This document shows, one piece after another, positions 37,262 through 48,908 of a stretch of DNA of 64,000 bases (positions are counted from its first letter, which is position 1; each line of letters begins with the position of its first letter). The notes beneath the pieces were generated by a model. It did not search any database. It was given only the letters and a program-made list of their open reading frames with translations, and had not been told where the DNA came from. The position numbers and the translations under genes are program-made. Origin of the DNA: a virus; the IMG/VR virus record IMGVR_UViG_3300025280_004467, positions 6,875-70,874 of that record; one strand, 5' to 3'.

Positions 37262-38859
37262 TGGCAATTATGAGATTTACAGCAAGCGCCGACACTACAA
37301 TTACTAATGCATATAGATCTAGTCTTTTAGATAATCAGCGCGCCACTGGTTCAAATATGGGGGCAGCCGATGTTGTTGAAATATATTCTATTATTGATCA
37401 AACGTCCGGCTCTTCTAGTGAATTATCTCGCGCATTACTTAAATTTCCAATAGCTGAAATGTCTTCTTCGAGAGCTGATGGAGACATTCCCGCCAGTGGA
37501 AGCGTCAATTTCTTTTTAAGAATGTTTAATGCAAAACATTCCTTTACGATGCCGTCAAATTATTCCTTGCAGGTTGTACCTGTTTCTCAATCATGGGAAG
37601 AGGGCACAGGATTGGACATGGAGGAATATAAAGATAAAACAAAAGATGGGACTGGCGCAAATTGGTTACGTGCAACTTCTACCACTTCTTGGAATATAGT
37701 TGGTGGGGATTATGATTATGAACCAACATATTCAGTTTCTTTTGGTCAAGGTGATGAAAATTTAGAAGTTGACATAACTGAATTAGTAGAAGAATGGATC
37801 GCTGATGGAGATGCAACCCCTCCAGGAGATAATCGATCCAATTATGGAGTTGGAGTTTTTCTAGGTAGCACATATGAAGCATATCATTCTAGCTCGGCAC
37901 TAGTGAGTACTAGCGATGTTATAACTGGTGTTCCTGCTGATGGAGTTCTGTTGCATAATGTTACTGGTTCCACAAGGTCATATTATACAAAAAAGTTCTT
38001 TTCTAGAACATCGGAATTCTTTTTTAAGAGACCAATGATTGAGGCAAGATGGGATTCGTCAATTAAAGACGATAGAGGAAATTTTTATGCTAGTAGTTCT
38101 TTGGCTGATGAAACTGGCAATTTGAATACAATTTACCTTTATAATTTAATTCGAGGTCAATATAAAAACATTCCTTCTGTCGGAGATGGAGAAGTTTATG
38201 TAAGATTGTATTTGGATAAAACCTCATCCGTTGCAGAATATTTAACTTCTCTCAAACAAAAGGTAGGAACAGAAACAAGTATTACTACCAAAAACAGCTT
38301 CGTTACAGGCGGACTTGTTCCAGATGAAACAGGAATTTATTCAGCATCCTTCTCCTTAGATACCACTTCAAGTGTCGTTTATGACAGATGGTTTAGTACT
38401 GATCCAGATTTAAGTGCTGCTTATGTTATGTTTCACACTGGAGCAATTAATGTCCAAAGTTTGGTTGCTAAAGATTATAATACCAATACCAAATATGTTA
38501 CGAGAATTACAAATTTAAAATCGGCATATGATCAAAAAGAAACAGCTCGTTTTAGAGTTCATGTCCGGGATAGAAATTGGAATCCAAATAGTTATACAAA
38601 GTTTACAACAGATATTAGTAGCAGCATTGTTGACGATGCATATTACAAAGTGATAAGAGTACAAGATAACTTAACCGTTGTTGATTATGGCACTAGCAGC
38701 TTAAATCATACTCTTATGTCATATGATTCACGAGGCAATTATTTTGATTTAGATATGTCTATGTTGGAAAAAGATTATTCTTATGGTATCAAATTAGTTT
38801 ATAAACGAGATACCGTTTATCATGAACAGCCTGAAATATTTAAATTTAGGGTGGAATAA
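37261..38859 (+). CDS. Virion structural protein (DNRLRE-like beta-sandwich N-terminus)
   Basis: ADTTI, SRALLKF, VSQSWEEGTG, VDITELVEEW, NYGVG, FFSR motifs; baseplate context. Confidence 0.6.
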   Translation: MAIMRFTASADTTITNAYRSSLLDNQRATGSNMGAADVVEIYSIIDQTSGSSSELSRALLKFPIAEMSSSRADGDIPASGSVNFFLRMFNAKHSFTMPSNYSLQVVPVSQSWEEGTGLDMEEYKDKTKDGTGANWLRATSTTSWNIVGGDYDYEPTYSVSFGQGDENLEVDITELVEEWIADGDATPPGDNRSNYGVGVFLGSTYEAYHSSSALVSTSDVITGVPADGVLLHNVTGSTRSYYTKKFFSRTSEFFFKRPMIEARWDSSIKDDRGNFYASSSLADETGNLNTIYLYNLIRGQYKNIPSVGDGEVYVRLYLDKTSSVAEYLTSLKQKVGTETSITTKNSFVTGGLVPDETGIYSASFSLDTTSSVVYDRWFSTDPDLSAAYVMFHTGAINVQSLVAKDYNTNTKYVTRITNLKSAYDQKETARFRVHVRDRNWNPNSYTKFTTDISSSIVDDAYYKVIRVQDNLTVVDYGTSSLNHTLMSYDSRGNYFDLDMSMLEKDYSYGIKLVYKRDTVYHEQPEIFKFRVE

Positions 38860-38861
38860 AA

Positions 38862-41800
38862 ATGAGCATCAAAGATCTTTTTAAGAAAAATCAAGAAGCT
38901 ACTCAAATTTTAAAAAGCGATTCTATTGCTAATATATCCGAAGATGCTGAATCAAAGGACTTCGTTCGAGAAAAGATAGAGAGCAAAGAAAGGTTTATTC
39001 CTCAATTTGATTTTAATGATCCAAAAAACTTTGCAAGATTTGGTCTCGCAGAAGAATATTATGAACAATCAATTAAGAGGGTTTATAACACATATCCATA
39101 TGATGGTTCTCGTTATGAGATAGAAGAGTGGCACAATAGTTCTTCATTTTTTGATGAATATATATTTGATAATGAATATCCAAGAAGAACTGGTTATGTC
39201 ATTTTTGGCGACGATTGGGGAGACAAAGAAGAATTACAAAATGGTTATGGCGCGCCAGCTACTGCCTCATATGAATATATTTTAATTAAAGGCGGCCCAA
39301 ATAAAGATCCAGACAACACAGCTTTAAAAGATATATTTCCTTCAAATGACGGTAAAGCAAATTTATTTAAAACTGATCAAAATAGAGAATGTAATTTAAA
39401 AATTGAAGGAATGGATGGAAATACTGTTGAATTTTGGATGAAAAAGGAAGCGTTTGATACTTCCGGCAAAACTCAAAAAGAAGTAATCTTAGATGTTTAT
39501 TCAACTTCTTCTATTTCTTCTAGTTCTGATTACGGCAGATTCAGAGTTGAAATGTACGGGGATACGTCGTCTGATGCCGCCGCATCATTGGTCAACGCTA
39601 TTGACGTCACCGGCGTAGGCAACGATCACGCATTTACGCTAACATCTCCTACTGCGATGGGAGGCGACGCCGTCGCCTATACATTTAAATTCGTGCATGG
39701 TCTCAATGAAGTTAATGGCGGCGCCGCGGGAAATGTCTACTACATTTCTCGCCACTCTGACGCCGGCGGCACAATCACACTGACTACCGCCCAACGCGCC
39801 ACCGCTTTGGCTAATGCTATTAATGGATTACCGAGCCCGTATGCCGCTTTCAGCGACGGCAACGTGGGTTCTATTAATTCTGTCGATCTCAAAATTACGG
39901 CGGACGCTAGCGATGGAGACGGAACTATCGATCTGACCTTCGATCTTGTTGGGGGTATTGGAAACGAACATGCAAATGTGCTAGCAGCCACAAATGGATT
40001 TACGGGATCTAAAATTCTTGAAACCGCTTTTACAGGCGGCGCCGATAAAATCGGACCATTTCTTATGACTTACATGTCGGGAACGGATGGGATTGCAACA
40101 GCTTCTGTTGGTACCGGCGTTACACCTTCTACAATTGCTGATAACAAATGGCACCATTATGCAGTTTCAGTAAGAAATGACGATCAAAAGTTGCGGATGA
40201 GGTTATATGTCGATGGAGAGTTTAATCATCAAGTTCATACTGGTTCTTCAATTGGGTATGTAAGCTCATCTTTGATTGGTACAATCGGAGCATTAGCATA
40301 TAAGCCATCTTCATCTATCGATCCAGAAGGCGGAACCACAGAAAATGATGATGACACCTTACAACCCACGAGAGGTTGGGGCAAATTGTCTGCCTCTTTG
40401 GACGAATTTAGATATTGGAAACAAGAGAGAAACGCACAACAAATTGGTAGAAAATGGTTTACAAATATTTATGGTGGTTCAAATACTGATCTTTCTAATA
40501 CTCAACTTGGTGTTTATTATAAGTTTAATGAAGGTATAACTGGAACTTCAAGTCTTGATGAAATGGTATTAGATTATTCTGGAAGAACTTCAAATGGAAC
40601 TTGGGTTGGCTATGACTCTGCAAATTCTGGTTCGTATAGAAGTACAGGATCTGCAATTGATGAAGGGTATTTATCAGGTTCGGAATTTAAAGATCCGATT
40701 ATCCGTTCAGTCCATGGAGATGTTCAAGACAAACTAACAAAATTAACAAAGAAAGGCAGGCTTCACGATTTAAAAAATAACTCATCAATTTACAATAGCG
40801 TTCCGGAGTGGATAAGGTCAGACGACCAGCTATCTGGAAAACATCTTGTTAAATTAACTCAAATAATTTCAAGCTATTTTGATACTTTAGCTCTTCAGAT
40901 AAAGTTTCTTCCAAGATTAAAAAATCCCGTTTATCCAAGCAGCAGCTATAAAGCTATTCCTTTTGCTGATCAGCTTTTGGAAAATCATGGTTTATTAGTG
41001 CCAGAATTATTTACTGATTCTACTATTTTAGAACAATTTGCTCAACAAAATGAAATAAAAGAATTTGATATGGATCTACGAGAAGTAAAGAATTTAATTT
41101 ATAAAAACATTTATAACAATCTTTCATACATTTACAAATCAAAGGGAACAGAAAAATCTTTTAGAAATCTTATTCGTTGTTTTGGGATTGATGACGAGAT
41201 TATTAAAATTAATATTTATGGCGACAATTCAATATATGAAATTACAGGAAATTATCGCCACACAGTGACAAAAAAGAACTATTTAGATTTGAACTCTGCA
41301 AATAGAAATAGTTCAGTTGTTTATCAATATTTGGAAAGTTCCAATACAAGCTCTGTTTCCTTTATAACAAGTAGTTATGATAGTTTTAGTGGCTCTGCCA
41401 GAACTTTCGAAGCTGAAGTTATTTTTCCGGAAAGAATAAATCCGAGAGTAACAAATTATGAATTTACAGATTTGTCTTCTTCTTTATTCGGGCTCCACAC
41501 AGCCGGCACAGAAGAAAATGTTTTAACATGGCCAACGCCAGTTGCAAATGCAGATCAAGATATAAGAATCTATGCAGTAAGGGAAAAGAGTGGAGGCAAA
41601 AACGTTCATTTTAAATTAGAATCAACATTTCTTGGAACTTTCGAAGATGGGAACACTTATTTGACTTCCTCCTTGTATGATGATGTTTACAATAATGAAA
41701 AGTGGAATTTTGCTATCAGATTTAAAAGAGATATTCATCCATTGGCGACAGGCGTTACTAGTTCTGGGCCTAACGGCGATATCAATCCTTGCAATGACAC

Positions 41801-44800
41801 CTCAGGAAGTATTGAGTTTTACGGCGTCAACGTTGTTCAGGATTATGTAAAAAATGAATTTTTAGTTACTTCATCGATTGCACTAGACAAGTTCAATGAT
41901 TTGGTATCGTCAGCAAAAAGAATTTATGCAGGTGCTCATCGACAAGATTTCGGTACAACTGTTCTTCAAAAATCAGATGTTAAAATTGGTTCTGTTAGAT
42001 TTTGGTTGGACGATATTCCAAATGATATTATCAGAGAGCACGCATATGATGTTGAAAATTATGGAACAGAGCATCCTTATAGGAATTCTTTCCTTTTTCA
42101 AGGCCCGGATAAACTCGCTGGACTCGATGAACCATATTCGGGATCAATATATATTCCACAAGCTGAAACTCTTGCTTTGCATTGGAATTTTGCAACATTA
42201 ACTGGTTCTGATGATTCTGGAGAATTTGTTGTCATGGACGCGTCTTCCGGTTCTGTCTCCTCCAGAAATGGCATTCAGGTTAGATATGGGGACAATGAAG
42301 GCGTTGGGACACCTTTAGCGAGAACTCTTAAAAGACAACATACAGGAAAAGGTCAATATTTTCCAACAAATAGTTCAAAAGTTGTTGACAAAGTGTATGT
42401 TCCAAATGCAAGATTACAACCACCAGAAATTATTGCTAGTTCAAACATGATTGAAGGGAGAACTAGAGATGACAGATTGTTAACAAGAAACAGCAGACCC
42501 ATTACTCATTTTATTGGAATTGAAAAAAGCCCATATCAATCTGTGACAGAGGAAATGCTTAAAATTTTCGCAACATTAACAGACTTCAATAATTTGATCG
42601 GAGAACCTGTAAGTACATATCGTCCAAATTATAAACAAATGGACAAATTGAAACAGATGTTTTTTGAAAGAATCGACAATGTTCCGGATGTTGAAAAATA
42701 TATTGATTATTATAAATGGATTGATAATGCAGTTGATGTGATAATTCATCAACTAATGCCAATGTCTGCTAATACGTCTGAAAATTTAAGTACAATGATT
42801 GAAAGCCATGTATTAGAAAGAAACAAATTTAGACATAAATATCCATTTTTTAATTCAGCATATGCGAATTGGGAGCCGGAAAGCTCAACTACAAGTCAAT
42901 TTCAGAATGCACCTCAAAACCCCGCCGCGCATCGTTATAATGGCAATTCTTCAGAAATATCTCTTTTGGAAGAAAATGCTTATGAATCAGTTACTGAGGC
43001 TACAGTTTTAAACAATTTTGCTCTAAGTCCAATGAACACTAGAAAAGGTATTTTGTGGTGGCAAAATAGAGCAGAGAGGGATAAAACCGATGAGATTTCG
43101 TCAGGAGATGCCACTGTAGATAAACAAAGAGAAATATATAGAAAAATTATTACGTCAGCAGTTGCTTTTTCGGGTTCATCTTATAAAGATGCTTCCGTCG
43201 CGCAAGTATATCGTTTACGTACTGGGTTACAATTAGATGACGAAAGTCACAAGAAACATTCTAATTCTTATTCAAGAAGTGTTTTAAAACCTTTTTCGTC
43301 AACTTCGAGATTAAGGACAACGGCCAGCAATGTGGTCGCTTCCGAATCTACTGAATTATACGGATTTAGAGCAGATTATGATTTTGAGTCAGAACCGGTT
43401 CCGGGCTTACCATCAGGGAAAAAGAGAAAACTTAATTTTGCTGTCGAGAATGTAGACGACGGAAAAATATTAAAACACAATATTGCTGCACCTTTTAGCA
43501 TTTACACTAGTAGTGCCGGCCGCATTATAACCAATATTCATAATGATTCAGCAGCCACACTACAGGGCCCGTTCACGGAAAAATATGTTGGAGGCCTTCA
43601 GTATAGACATATTCAAATTAATTCAGGTAGTGAATTAGATACCAAATATACAAGACCGCAAGGGTTTAAGTTGATTGTAAGTGATGAATCTGATTTAAAT
43701 AATAATGCCACTGCAACAATTACCATCACGGATTACACCGAACTCAATAGCACCGACAAGGTTAATCTGGTTGCTACGGACGGCACTAACTATAACTTTA
43801 CTCAGGGCGACCAAAGTTCGGTCAATGGTACATGGGAGGCCACAACTTCAAATAACCAAACTGCGACCAACCTAATGAATGTCATCAATACTTCAAGTGG
43901 ACCAGCCGGAACCAGATTCACCGCTACGGTAAATGGAGCTGTAGTTACGGTTACTCAAGCTACAGGCGGAACCGACGGCAATACAACTGTTACTCTTACA
44001 GATACTGGAACTGCAGGGATGTCTAAAACAGACTTCACCGGTGGTGGAGAAGAAGCAAAATTATTCAGAAGCCCCATAATAGGAACAATGCTTAACTATG
44101 CTCCTCCAGATCTAGATTCAAATCTTACATTAGATACTGAATTGCCTCGTGCAATGTTCTATAGAGACGAGACAGCAAAAAGACCAATTAATATTAGAAA
44201 TATAAAAAGTGCTTCATATGGAATTGGTAATTACAGAAAAAATTATGAAGTTATTTTAACAAGTGGAAGATCGTCTAATAGCAAATATAATGTCACAATT
44301 ACAGGAGCAGTTTCATCTTCTGTAGTAGCTAGTGATTTTCCAGATCTTAAAGAATTTGCTCTTCCTGAGAGAGCAAAAAATGAATCAGTAATTGTTAATA
44401 GATTTTCAGCTCCAGGCGGCCCAGAAGTTATGTCAAGAGGTTTTCTTGATACAGCTGCTGAAGAGTATTCAGTATATAATGCTTTACCTTATAGAAATCT
44501 CGCCATTAGACAGCCTTATCAAACATTGTTAAAGAGGTATACTTCACAGTTTGGTGAAGATAGTGTTTTTGGAGCGGGAAGTGGCTCCTCTCATAAAGTT
44601 CATAGAAATACAAGATATAGATTGGAGCTGTCAGGGGATACCGTTATTACAGGAACTGTAAGAGATAATGGGTTTGTTACTCGCCCAATACCACAAAGTG
44701 ATTTGCAATATGCTTGGATTACCGCTTCTGCCTATCAAGTTTCTGGTGGCTTAGTACAAAATGCGCAGCTGCCTTTTGGATATGAACAGCCAAATATTAA

Positions 44801-47800
44801 ACTTGGCGGCGCTTCGAATGATATTCAATTTGTTTCTAGTGCGGCAGGCATTATAAACAAGACTTCTGATCGCGATGGTATACCTGTGGATTTTATTGGA
44901 TTAAACATAACATATGTTGATGATGTGGACTCAGATAATAATTTGATTTTTCCTTTAGATGGTACAGGAGATAATCCTGTCTTTGGTGATCAGCTTATTG
45001 CTCTTGATCAAATTGATATGTCAGCGGATGGAACATATGCAACGCCGGATATAGCAGCTGTAAATATATATCGTAACGGAGCTTATGGCTGGCCCAGCTG
45101 GAAACAAATTAGAAATGAGCAACATAGAATAACTCGTTTTCAAAGAAAAAATAATACATATAATTTTTATGAAAACACTCAGCCAAAAATTATTAACGAA
45201 GTCAACAACAATGATGGGATTACAGGGTTTAAAGATAACTCTCAGCTCAAACAATATAGAATTCCTGCAATTACCACTAAATTTAAGCCATTAACAACGA
45301 CAATGTTTGATAATATAAAAACTGCTTTTACTTTTAAAGAAGCTGTGTACATCAAAGCTTCTTATACTTATAGCAATTTAAATTCTTATTTATTAATTGA
45401 TGAAGGTCTTCTGGATACCAAACATGCAGTTATAAAACAAAAACCAGAAATTAATGAAATTATTACAAATATTAATAATATTAAAGTGAAGGACATCGAA
45501 TATAAAGAAGTTATATATCCAAGAGCTGAATTTACTTCTTTGGCTAAAACTAGAGGAAGACTGGCTTATAATGAATTTTTTGGCACAGGAAGTAATGGAT
45601 ATGATCGAATAAATCATAGAACGTTCTGGCGCTCTCGTGCCGAAGATCGACAGAGAACTAATTTTATAGCTTCAAATTCTTTAGGAACTGAATTAAGCTC
45701 ATATTTTTATACTGCTGATGGAGGTCTATCTGACCAAGACGGTCCTTATTTTTCCGGCGATTGGGTACATCAGCTTCACCCAATGGCTTTAAGTGTTTGG
45801 CCTTTGGACTCATTTCCCGGGGGATATATGTCTGGGGGTTTTGTAGGTCACAAGTATGATGAAAGGAGGTCCAATATTGGAGCAGCTGGAGAACTTTATA
45901 CCCAAGTAGAGGGAGGTTTAGTTTCAAGTTCCGACGCCGGCACCCACCCCGCCGCGCCAGGGCAATGTTTTTTCTTTTATCAACATTATGGATGGTTTGG
46001 AGTATCTGATACGCAAACATGGCCTTCTGAATATTATATTTCAGCATCCGGACCAGGAAAAAACAAACCCGGTTTTGCGGCAGATACTGACGCTTCAGCA
46101 GTCCATTTACATCATTTCAAACCACAATATAGTGCTAGTGCTTTATCTAGTTTGACTCCGTGGTATGATTCATACGAAGCATATGCTGATAACATCAGGC
46201 CATTGGGGAAAGATTATTCTATTGTTCCTGAATTTAGAGTCTCTGAACATATGGAATACTATCTTAAGAAAGGATTTTTAACCAAAAATAATAAATATTT
46301 ATCTCTAGTAGGAGCTTCAAAGAAGTCACGAAGTTCAGGTTCGTCTGAAGTGTTATTTACTGCGGTGGATCGCGGCTTCACAGGAATCAACGTGGACCAA
46401 AATGAGCTTCAGTTCTCAGTAGAAGAACACTTGTCATCTAGCGCAGCTAGTGAAAACGAACCTTCAATTGACGATTTTTATAAAATTTATTCACATTCTG
46501 ATTTTCTTGATTCGTTTAATTTGATTAAAAGTAAAAATCTAGATAAAAATGTTTCACAGATCACATTAAAATGCAAAGGGATCAAAAAACTTCTTCCATA
46601 TCAAGGATTTTACCCAGTGTTAAGATGTGTACAGCTTGGTTCTATGCTTTCTCAATCTTTTAGCCCTTATCTGACGGCTTCTTCTGATTCTGCCCTATCT
46701 AAAGAAAGTCAAGTGCAAGCTTTAATTCAGCCCTTCTTTTCTCCCGGTATTATGTATAACACAATTAAATCAGGAATTGCAGTTGATTGGCCAGTAATTA
46801 CTGGATCTACGAAAATAGGTGATACAGCTGCTTCATTTGGTTATTTAGGTTATTTGACAACTGGTAGTAGTTTAGTTGATAAACAGTATCACAATCGTCG
46901 TTTCCCATTCGAATCTTTAGTTTCTCCGGAGAGATATATTCCTGCTGCTCCCGTTCCAGGAGCGGAACAAGGCGCCACCGGAGTAGAAGCGAGAGTTAAT
47001 ATGGCAATTAGCCCGGCATATAGATCTGGTTCGCAGTCAGATGAAGAAAATGTATATGATTTTGAAGGAAATGCACCACATTTTATTTGGACAGGGGAAC
47101 ATGATGATAAATATAATTTAGCTATGCATAACTTTTTAGGTGAAATTCCTAAATTCTTTTTAGAAGATGAACGTCTAACAACGTTTGCGTCTAAGCAAGG
47201 TCCGTTCACTATGGTTTCCGGAACAACATATTATATGGATGTTGTTTTGGAAAAAACATCAGAATTTATTCAATATGAAGGGCCCCATATCGATATGAAG
47301 GAAACTAATTCAGAGACTGGATTATTGAGATATTCTTCTGGCAGCGCAAGAGGTTTACATTATGGGCCGGCCTGCGACGTTCTCGGGGAAAAGGATCAAA
47401 CAACTGATGGTCTAACTGCGACCCACAATGCCAACTACAATTGGCTATCAAATATTCAAGATCCTGCTTTTGCTCCGTATACTCCACCATATTTTTATGG
47501 ATCATCTGTTGCAAGAATTACTTTTTCTCCTCACAAACATAGAGAGCTGCTTCCATCTGAAGGTCCTCAAACTTTTACAATTGCTGAGATATTGGATGGT
47601 GCAAGAGTTGAAACAATTTATGAGCCAAATAGGACAGCATCTTATGCTCAATCCATTAATTCTACGAAAGATTCTACGGATGGTACCCATTTAGAAGGTT
47701 ATATTAGGGTTCCTGAGGAGAAAAGTTTAGCTGGTGTTAGTAAAATGAAAATTGATTCTTCAATTAATTTATTTGGCAAAACAAAAGTTAAAGAAGTCAC

Positions 47801-48908
47801 CTATGAAACAGGTTTAGGCCCGAACGGCAAATATGCTCCGGTATTAATAAAAGATTCTTCTGAAGAAACGTTTGATGTTTGGACAATCAGCACAAAATTT
47901 GAATGCCCAACGTTAAACTTTTCCGGTAACGCGAAGGGTCATTTTACAAGAGGGATGTGGTTTGGTTATGGCGAAGAGCCGCCACCAGATCAAGGAATTT
48001 TCTTAAGAATTAGGGAAAGCTTTCCGGAAGAATTAAATAAAACAAAAACAATGAAAAACCTCACAGCAAATCCTCTCACTACCGTTGGACTATTGGAGAC
48101 AGGTTCTCTTATACAAGTTTGCGGGTTTACTGAAAACACTACCAAAACTAAAAGAAGAATTGGAAGAATTGCAAATCAAAAAGTTATTTCAGAAGCTATA
48201 ATTGCTATTCCCTTTAGGGCAAAATCAAAAGAATCCGTAAGAGGATTTTTTGATATTCCAAAAGATTATGTTGATCTTGCTTTGGATCGCGCTTCTAAGA
48301 AAACTGTTAAAAAATATCAAAAGAAAGGTATTGAGGTTGGAGAATCGATTATAGACATGGTTGAAAAAATGCAGAAATACGTAATTCCCCCTCAACATGA
48401 TTTTGTTATCAACAAAAACGTTAGACCTTTTGCAATGTATGTGTTTGAATTTGAACATACTTTTGACAAGGAGGATTTATCTAATATATGGCAAAACTTA
48501 ATGCCAAAAATTGCTAGAAATCCGGAGCTGGACGAAGTGGAGATTACTCACCCGTGCGGCGTTAAGGGAGAATTTTTTGAAGATGGAGAAATACCTTTTG
48601 ATATTAAATGGATGATTTATAAAGTCAAAAAGAGGGCTGAAAAAAGTTATTTTAACGTTACTGCTGATTCTACTGATGATGATAGATTTGAATTTGAATT
48701 CAATGTTGACTCAGAAAAAAAGACTCCTGACTATAGTTATAATTGGCCATACGATTTCTTTTCTTTGGTAGAGTTGGCGAAGGTCGAAGCAAATATTAAA
48801 TTGTCAGCTCTAACAATAGAACAACAAAAAAAATGCGAGGAAAAGGCCAAAAAAGATAACAAAGAGTGCGAAGATTACGGTTATTTAGATGGAGGCAAGA
48901 ATAATTAA
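38862..48908 (+). CDS. Giant (3348 aa) baseplate/tail protein with LamG-like domains and a gp7/tail-I-like segment
   Basis: TVEFWMKK...WHHYAVS...LYVDG...LDEFRYW (LamG); YIYKSKGTEKSFRNLIRCFG (baseplate wedge-like). Confidence 0.75.
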   Translation: MSIKDLFKKNQEATQILKSDSIANISEDAESKDFVREKIESKERFIPQFDFNDPKNFARFGLAEEYYEQSIKRVYNTYPYDGSRYEIEEWHNSSSFFDEYIFDNEYPRRTGYVIFGDDWGDKEELQNGYGAPATASYEYILIKGGPNKDPDNTALKDIFPSNDGKANLFKTDQNRECNLKIEGMDGNTVEFWMKKEAFDTSGKTQKEVILDVYSTSSISSSSDYGRFRVEMYGDTSSDAAASLVNAIDVTGVGNDHAFTLTSPTAMGGDAVAYTFKFVHGLNEVNGGAAGNVYYISRHSDAGGTITLTTAQRATALANAINGLPSPYAAFSDGNVGSINSVDLKITADASDGDGTIDLTFDLVGGIGNEHANVLAATNGFTGSKILETAFTGGADKIGPFLMTYMSGTDGIATASVGTGVTPSTIADNKWHHYAVSVRNDDQKLRMRLYVDGEFNHQVHTGSSIGYVSSSLIGTIGALAYKPSSSIDPEGGTTENDDDTLQPTRGWGKLSASLDEFRYWKQERNAQQIGRKWFTNIYGGSNTDLSNTQLGVYYKFNEGITGTSSLDEMVLDYSGRTSNGTWVGYDSANSGSYRSTGSAIDEGYLSGSEFKDPIIRSVHGDVQDKLTKLTKKGRLHDLKNNSSIYNSVPEWIRSDDQLSGKHLVKLTQIISSYFDTLALQIKFLPRLKNPVYPSSSYKAIPFADQLLENHGLLVPELFTDSTILEQFAQQNEIKEFDMDLREVKNLIYKNIYNNLSYIYKSKGTEKSFRNLIRCFGIDDEIIKINIYGDNSIYEITGNYRHTVTKKNYLDLNSANRNSSVVYQYLESSNTSSVSFITSSYDSFSGSARTFEAEVIFPERINPRVTNYEFTDLSSSLFGLHTAGTEENVLTWPTPVANADQDIRIYAVREKSGGKNVHFKLESTFLGTFEDGNTYLTSSLYDDVYNNEKWNFAIRFKRDIHPLATGVTSSGPNGDINPCNDTSGSIEFYGVNVVQDYVKNEFLVTSSIALDKFNDLVSSAKRIYAGAHRQDFGTTVLQKSDVKIGSVRFWLDDIPNDIIREHAYDVENYGTEHPYRNSFLFQGPDKLAGLDEPYSGSIYIPQAETLALHWNFATLTGSDDSGEFVVMDASSGSVSSRNGIQVRYGDNEGVGTPLARTLKRQHTGKGQYFPTNSSKVVDKVYVPNARLQPPEIIASSNMIEGRTRDDRLLTRNSRPITHFIGIEKSPYQSVTEEMLKIFATLTDFNNLIGEPVSTYRPNYKQMDKLKQMFFERIDNVPDVEKYIDYYKWIDNAVDVIIHQLMPMSANTSENLSTMIESHVLERNKFRHKYPFFNSAYANWEPESSTTSQFQNAPQNPAAHRYNGNSSEISLLEENAYESVTEATVLNNFALSPMNTRKGILWWQNRAERDKTDEISSGDATVDKQREIYRKIITSAVAFSGSSYKDASVAQVYRLRTGLQLDDESHKKHSNSYSRSVLKPFSSTSRLRTTASNVVASESTELYGFRADYDFESEPVPGLPSGKKRKLNFAVENVDDGKILKHNIAAPFSIYTSSAGRIITNIHNDSAATLQGPFTEKYVGGLQYRHIQINSGSELDTKYTRPQGFKLIVSDESDLNNNATATITITDYTELNSTDKVNLVATDGTNYNFTQGDQSSVNGTWEATTSNNQTATNLMNVINTSSGPAGTRFTATVNGAVVTVTQATGGTDGNTTVTLTDTGTAGMSKTDFTGGGEEAKLFRSPIIGTMLNYAPPDLDSNLTLDTELPRAMFYRDETAKRPINIRNIKSASYGIGNYRKNYEVILTSGRSSNSKYNVTITGAVSSSVVASDFPDLKEFALPERAKNESVIVNRFSAPGGPEVMSRGFLDTAAEEYSVYNALPYRNLAIRQPYQTLLKRYTSQFGEDSVFGAGSGSSHKVHRNTRYRLELSGDTVITGTVRDNGFVTRPIPQSDLQYAWITASAYQVSGGLVQNAQLPFGYEQPNIKLGGASNDIQFVSSAAGIINKTSDRDGIPVDFIGLNITYVDDVDSDNNLIFPLDGTGDNPVFGDQLIALDQIDMSADGTYATPDIAAVNIYRNGAYGWPSWKQIRNEQHRITRFQRKNNTYNFYENTQPKIINEVNNNDGITGFKDNSQLKQYRIPAITTKFKPLTTTMFDNIKTAFTFKEAVYIKASYTYSNLNSYLLIDEGLLDTKHAVIKQKPEINEIITNINNIKVKDIEYKEVIYPRAEFTSLAKTRGRLAYNEFFGTGSNGYDRINHRTFWRSRAEDRQRTNFIASNSLGTELSSYFYTADGGLSDQDGPYFSGDWVHQLHPMALSVWPLDSFPGGYMSGGFVGHKYDERRSNIGAAGELYTQVEGGLVSSSDAGTHPAAPGQCFFFYQHYGWFGVSDTQTWPSEYYISASGPGKNKPGFAADTDASAVHLHHFKPQYSASALSSLTPWYDSYEAYADNIRPLGKDYSIVPEFRVSEHMEYYLKKGFLTKNNKYLSLVGASKKSRSSGSSEVLFTAVDRGFTGINVDQNELQFSVEEHLSSSAASENEPSIDDFYKIYSHSDFLDSFNLIKSKNLDKNVSQITLKCKGIKKLLPYQGFYPVLRCVQLGSMLSQSFSPYLTASSDSALSKESQVQALIQPFFSPGIMYNTIKSGIAVDWPVITGSTKIGDTAASFGYLGYLTTGSSLVDKQYHNRRFPFESLVSPERYIPAAPVPGAEQGATGVEARVNMAISPAYRSGSQSDEENVYDFEGNAPHFIWTGEHDDKYNLAMHNFLGEIPKFFLEDERLTTFASKQGPFTMVSGTTYYMDVVLEKTSEFIQYEGPHIDMKETNSETGLLRYSSGSARGLHYGPACDVLGEKDQTTDGLTATHNANYNWLSNIQDPAFAPYTPPYFYGSSVARITFSPHKHRELLPSEGPQTFTIAEILDGARVETIYEPNRTASYAQSINSTKDSTDGTHLEGYIRVPEEKSLAGVSKMKIDSSINLFGKTKVKEVTYETGLGPNGKYAPVLIKDSSEETFDVWTISTKFECPTLNFSGNAKGHFTRGMWFGYGEEPPPDQGIFLRIRESFPEELNKTKTMKNLTANPLTTVGLLETGSLIQVCGFTENTTKTKRRIGRIANQKVISEAIIAIPFRAKSKESVRGFFDIPKDYVDLALDRASKKTVKKYQKKGIEVGESIIDMVEKMQKYVIPPQHDFVINKNVRPFAMYVFEFEHTFDKEDLSNIWQNLMPKIARNPELDEVEITHPCGVKGEFFEDGEIPFDIKWMIYKVKKRAEKSYFNVTADSTDDDRFEFEFNVDSEKKTPDYSYNWPYDFFSLVELAKVEANIKLSALTIEQQKKCEEKAKKDNKECEDYGYLDGGKNN

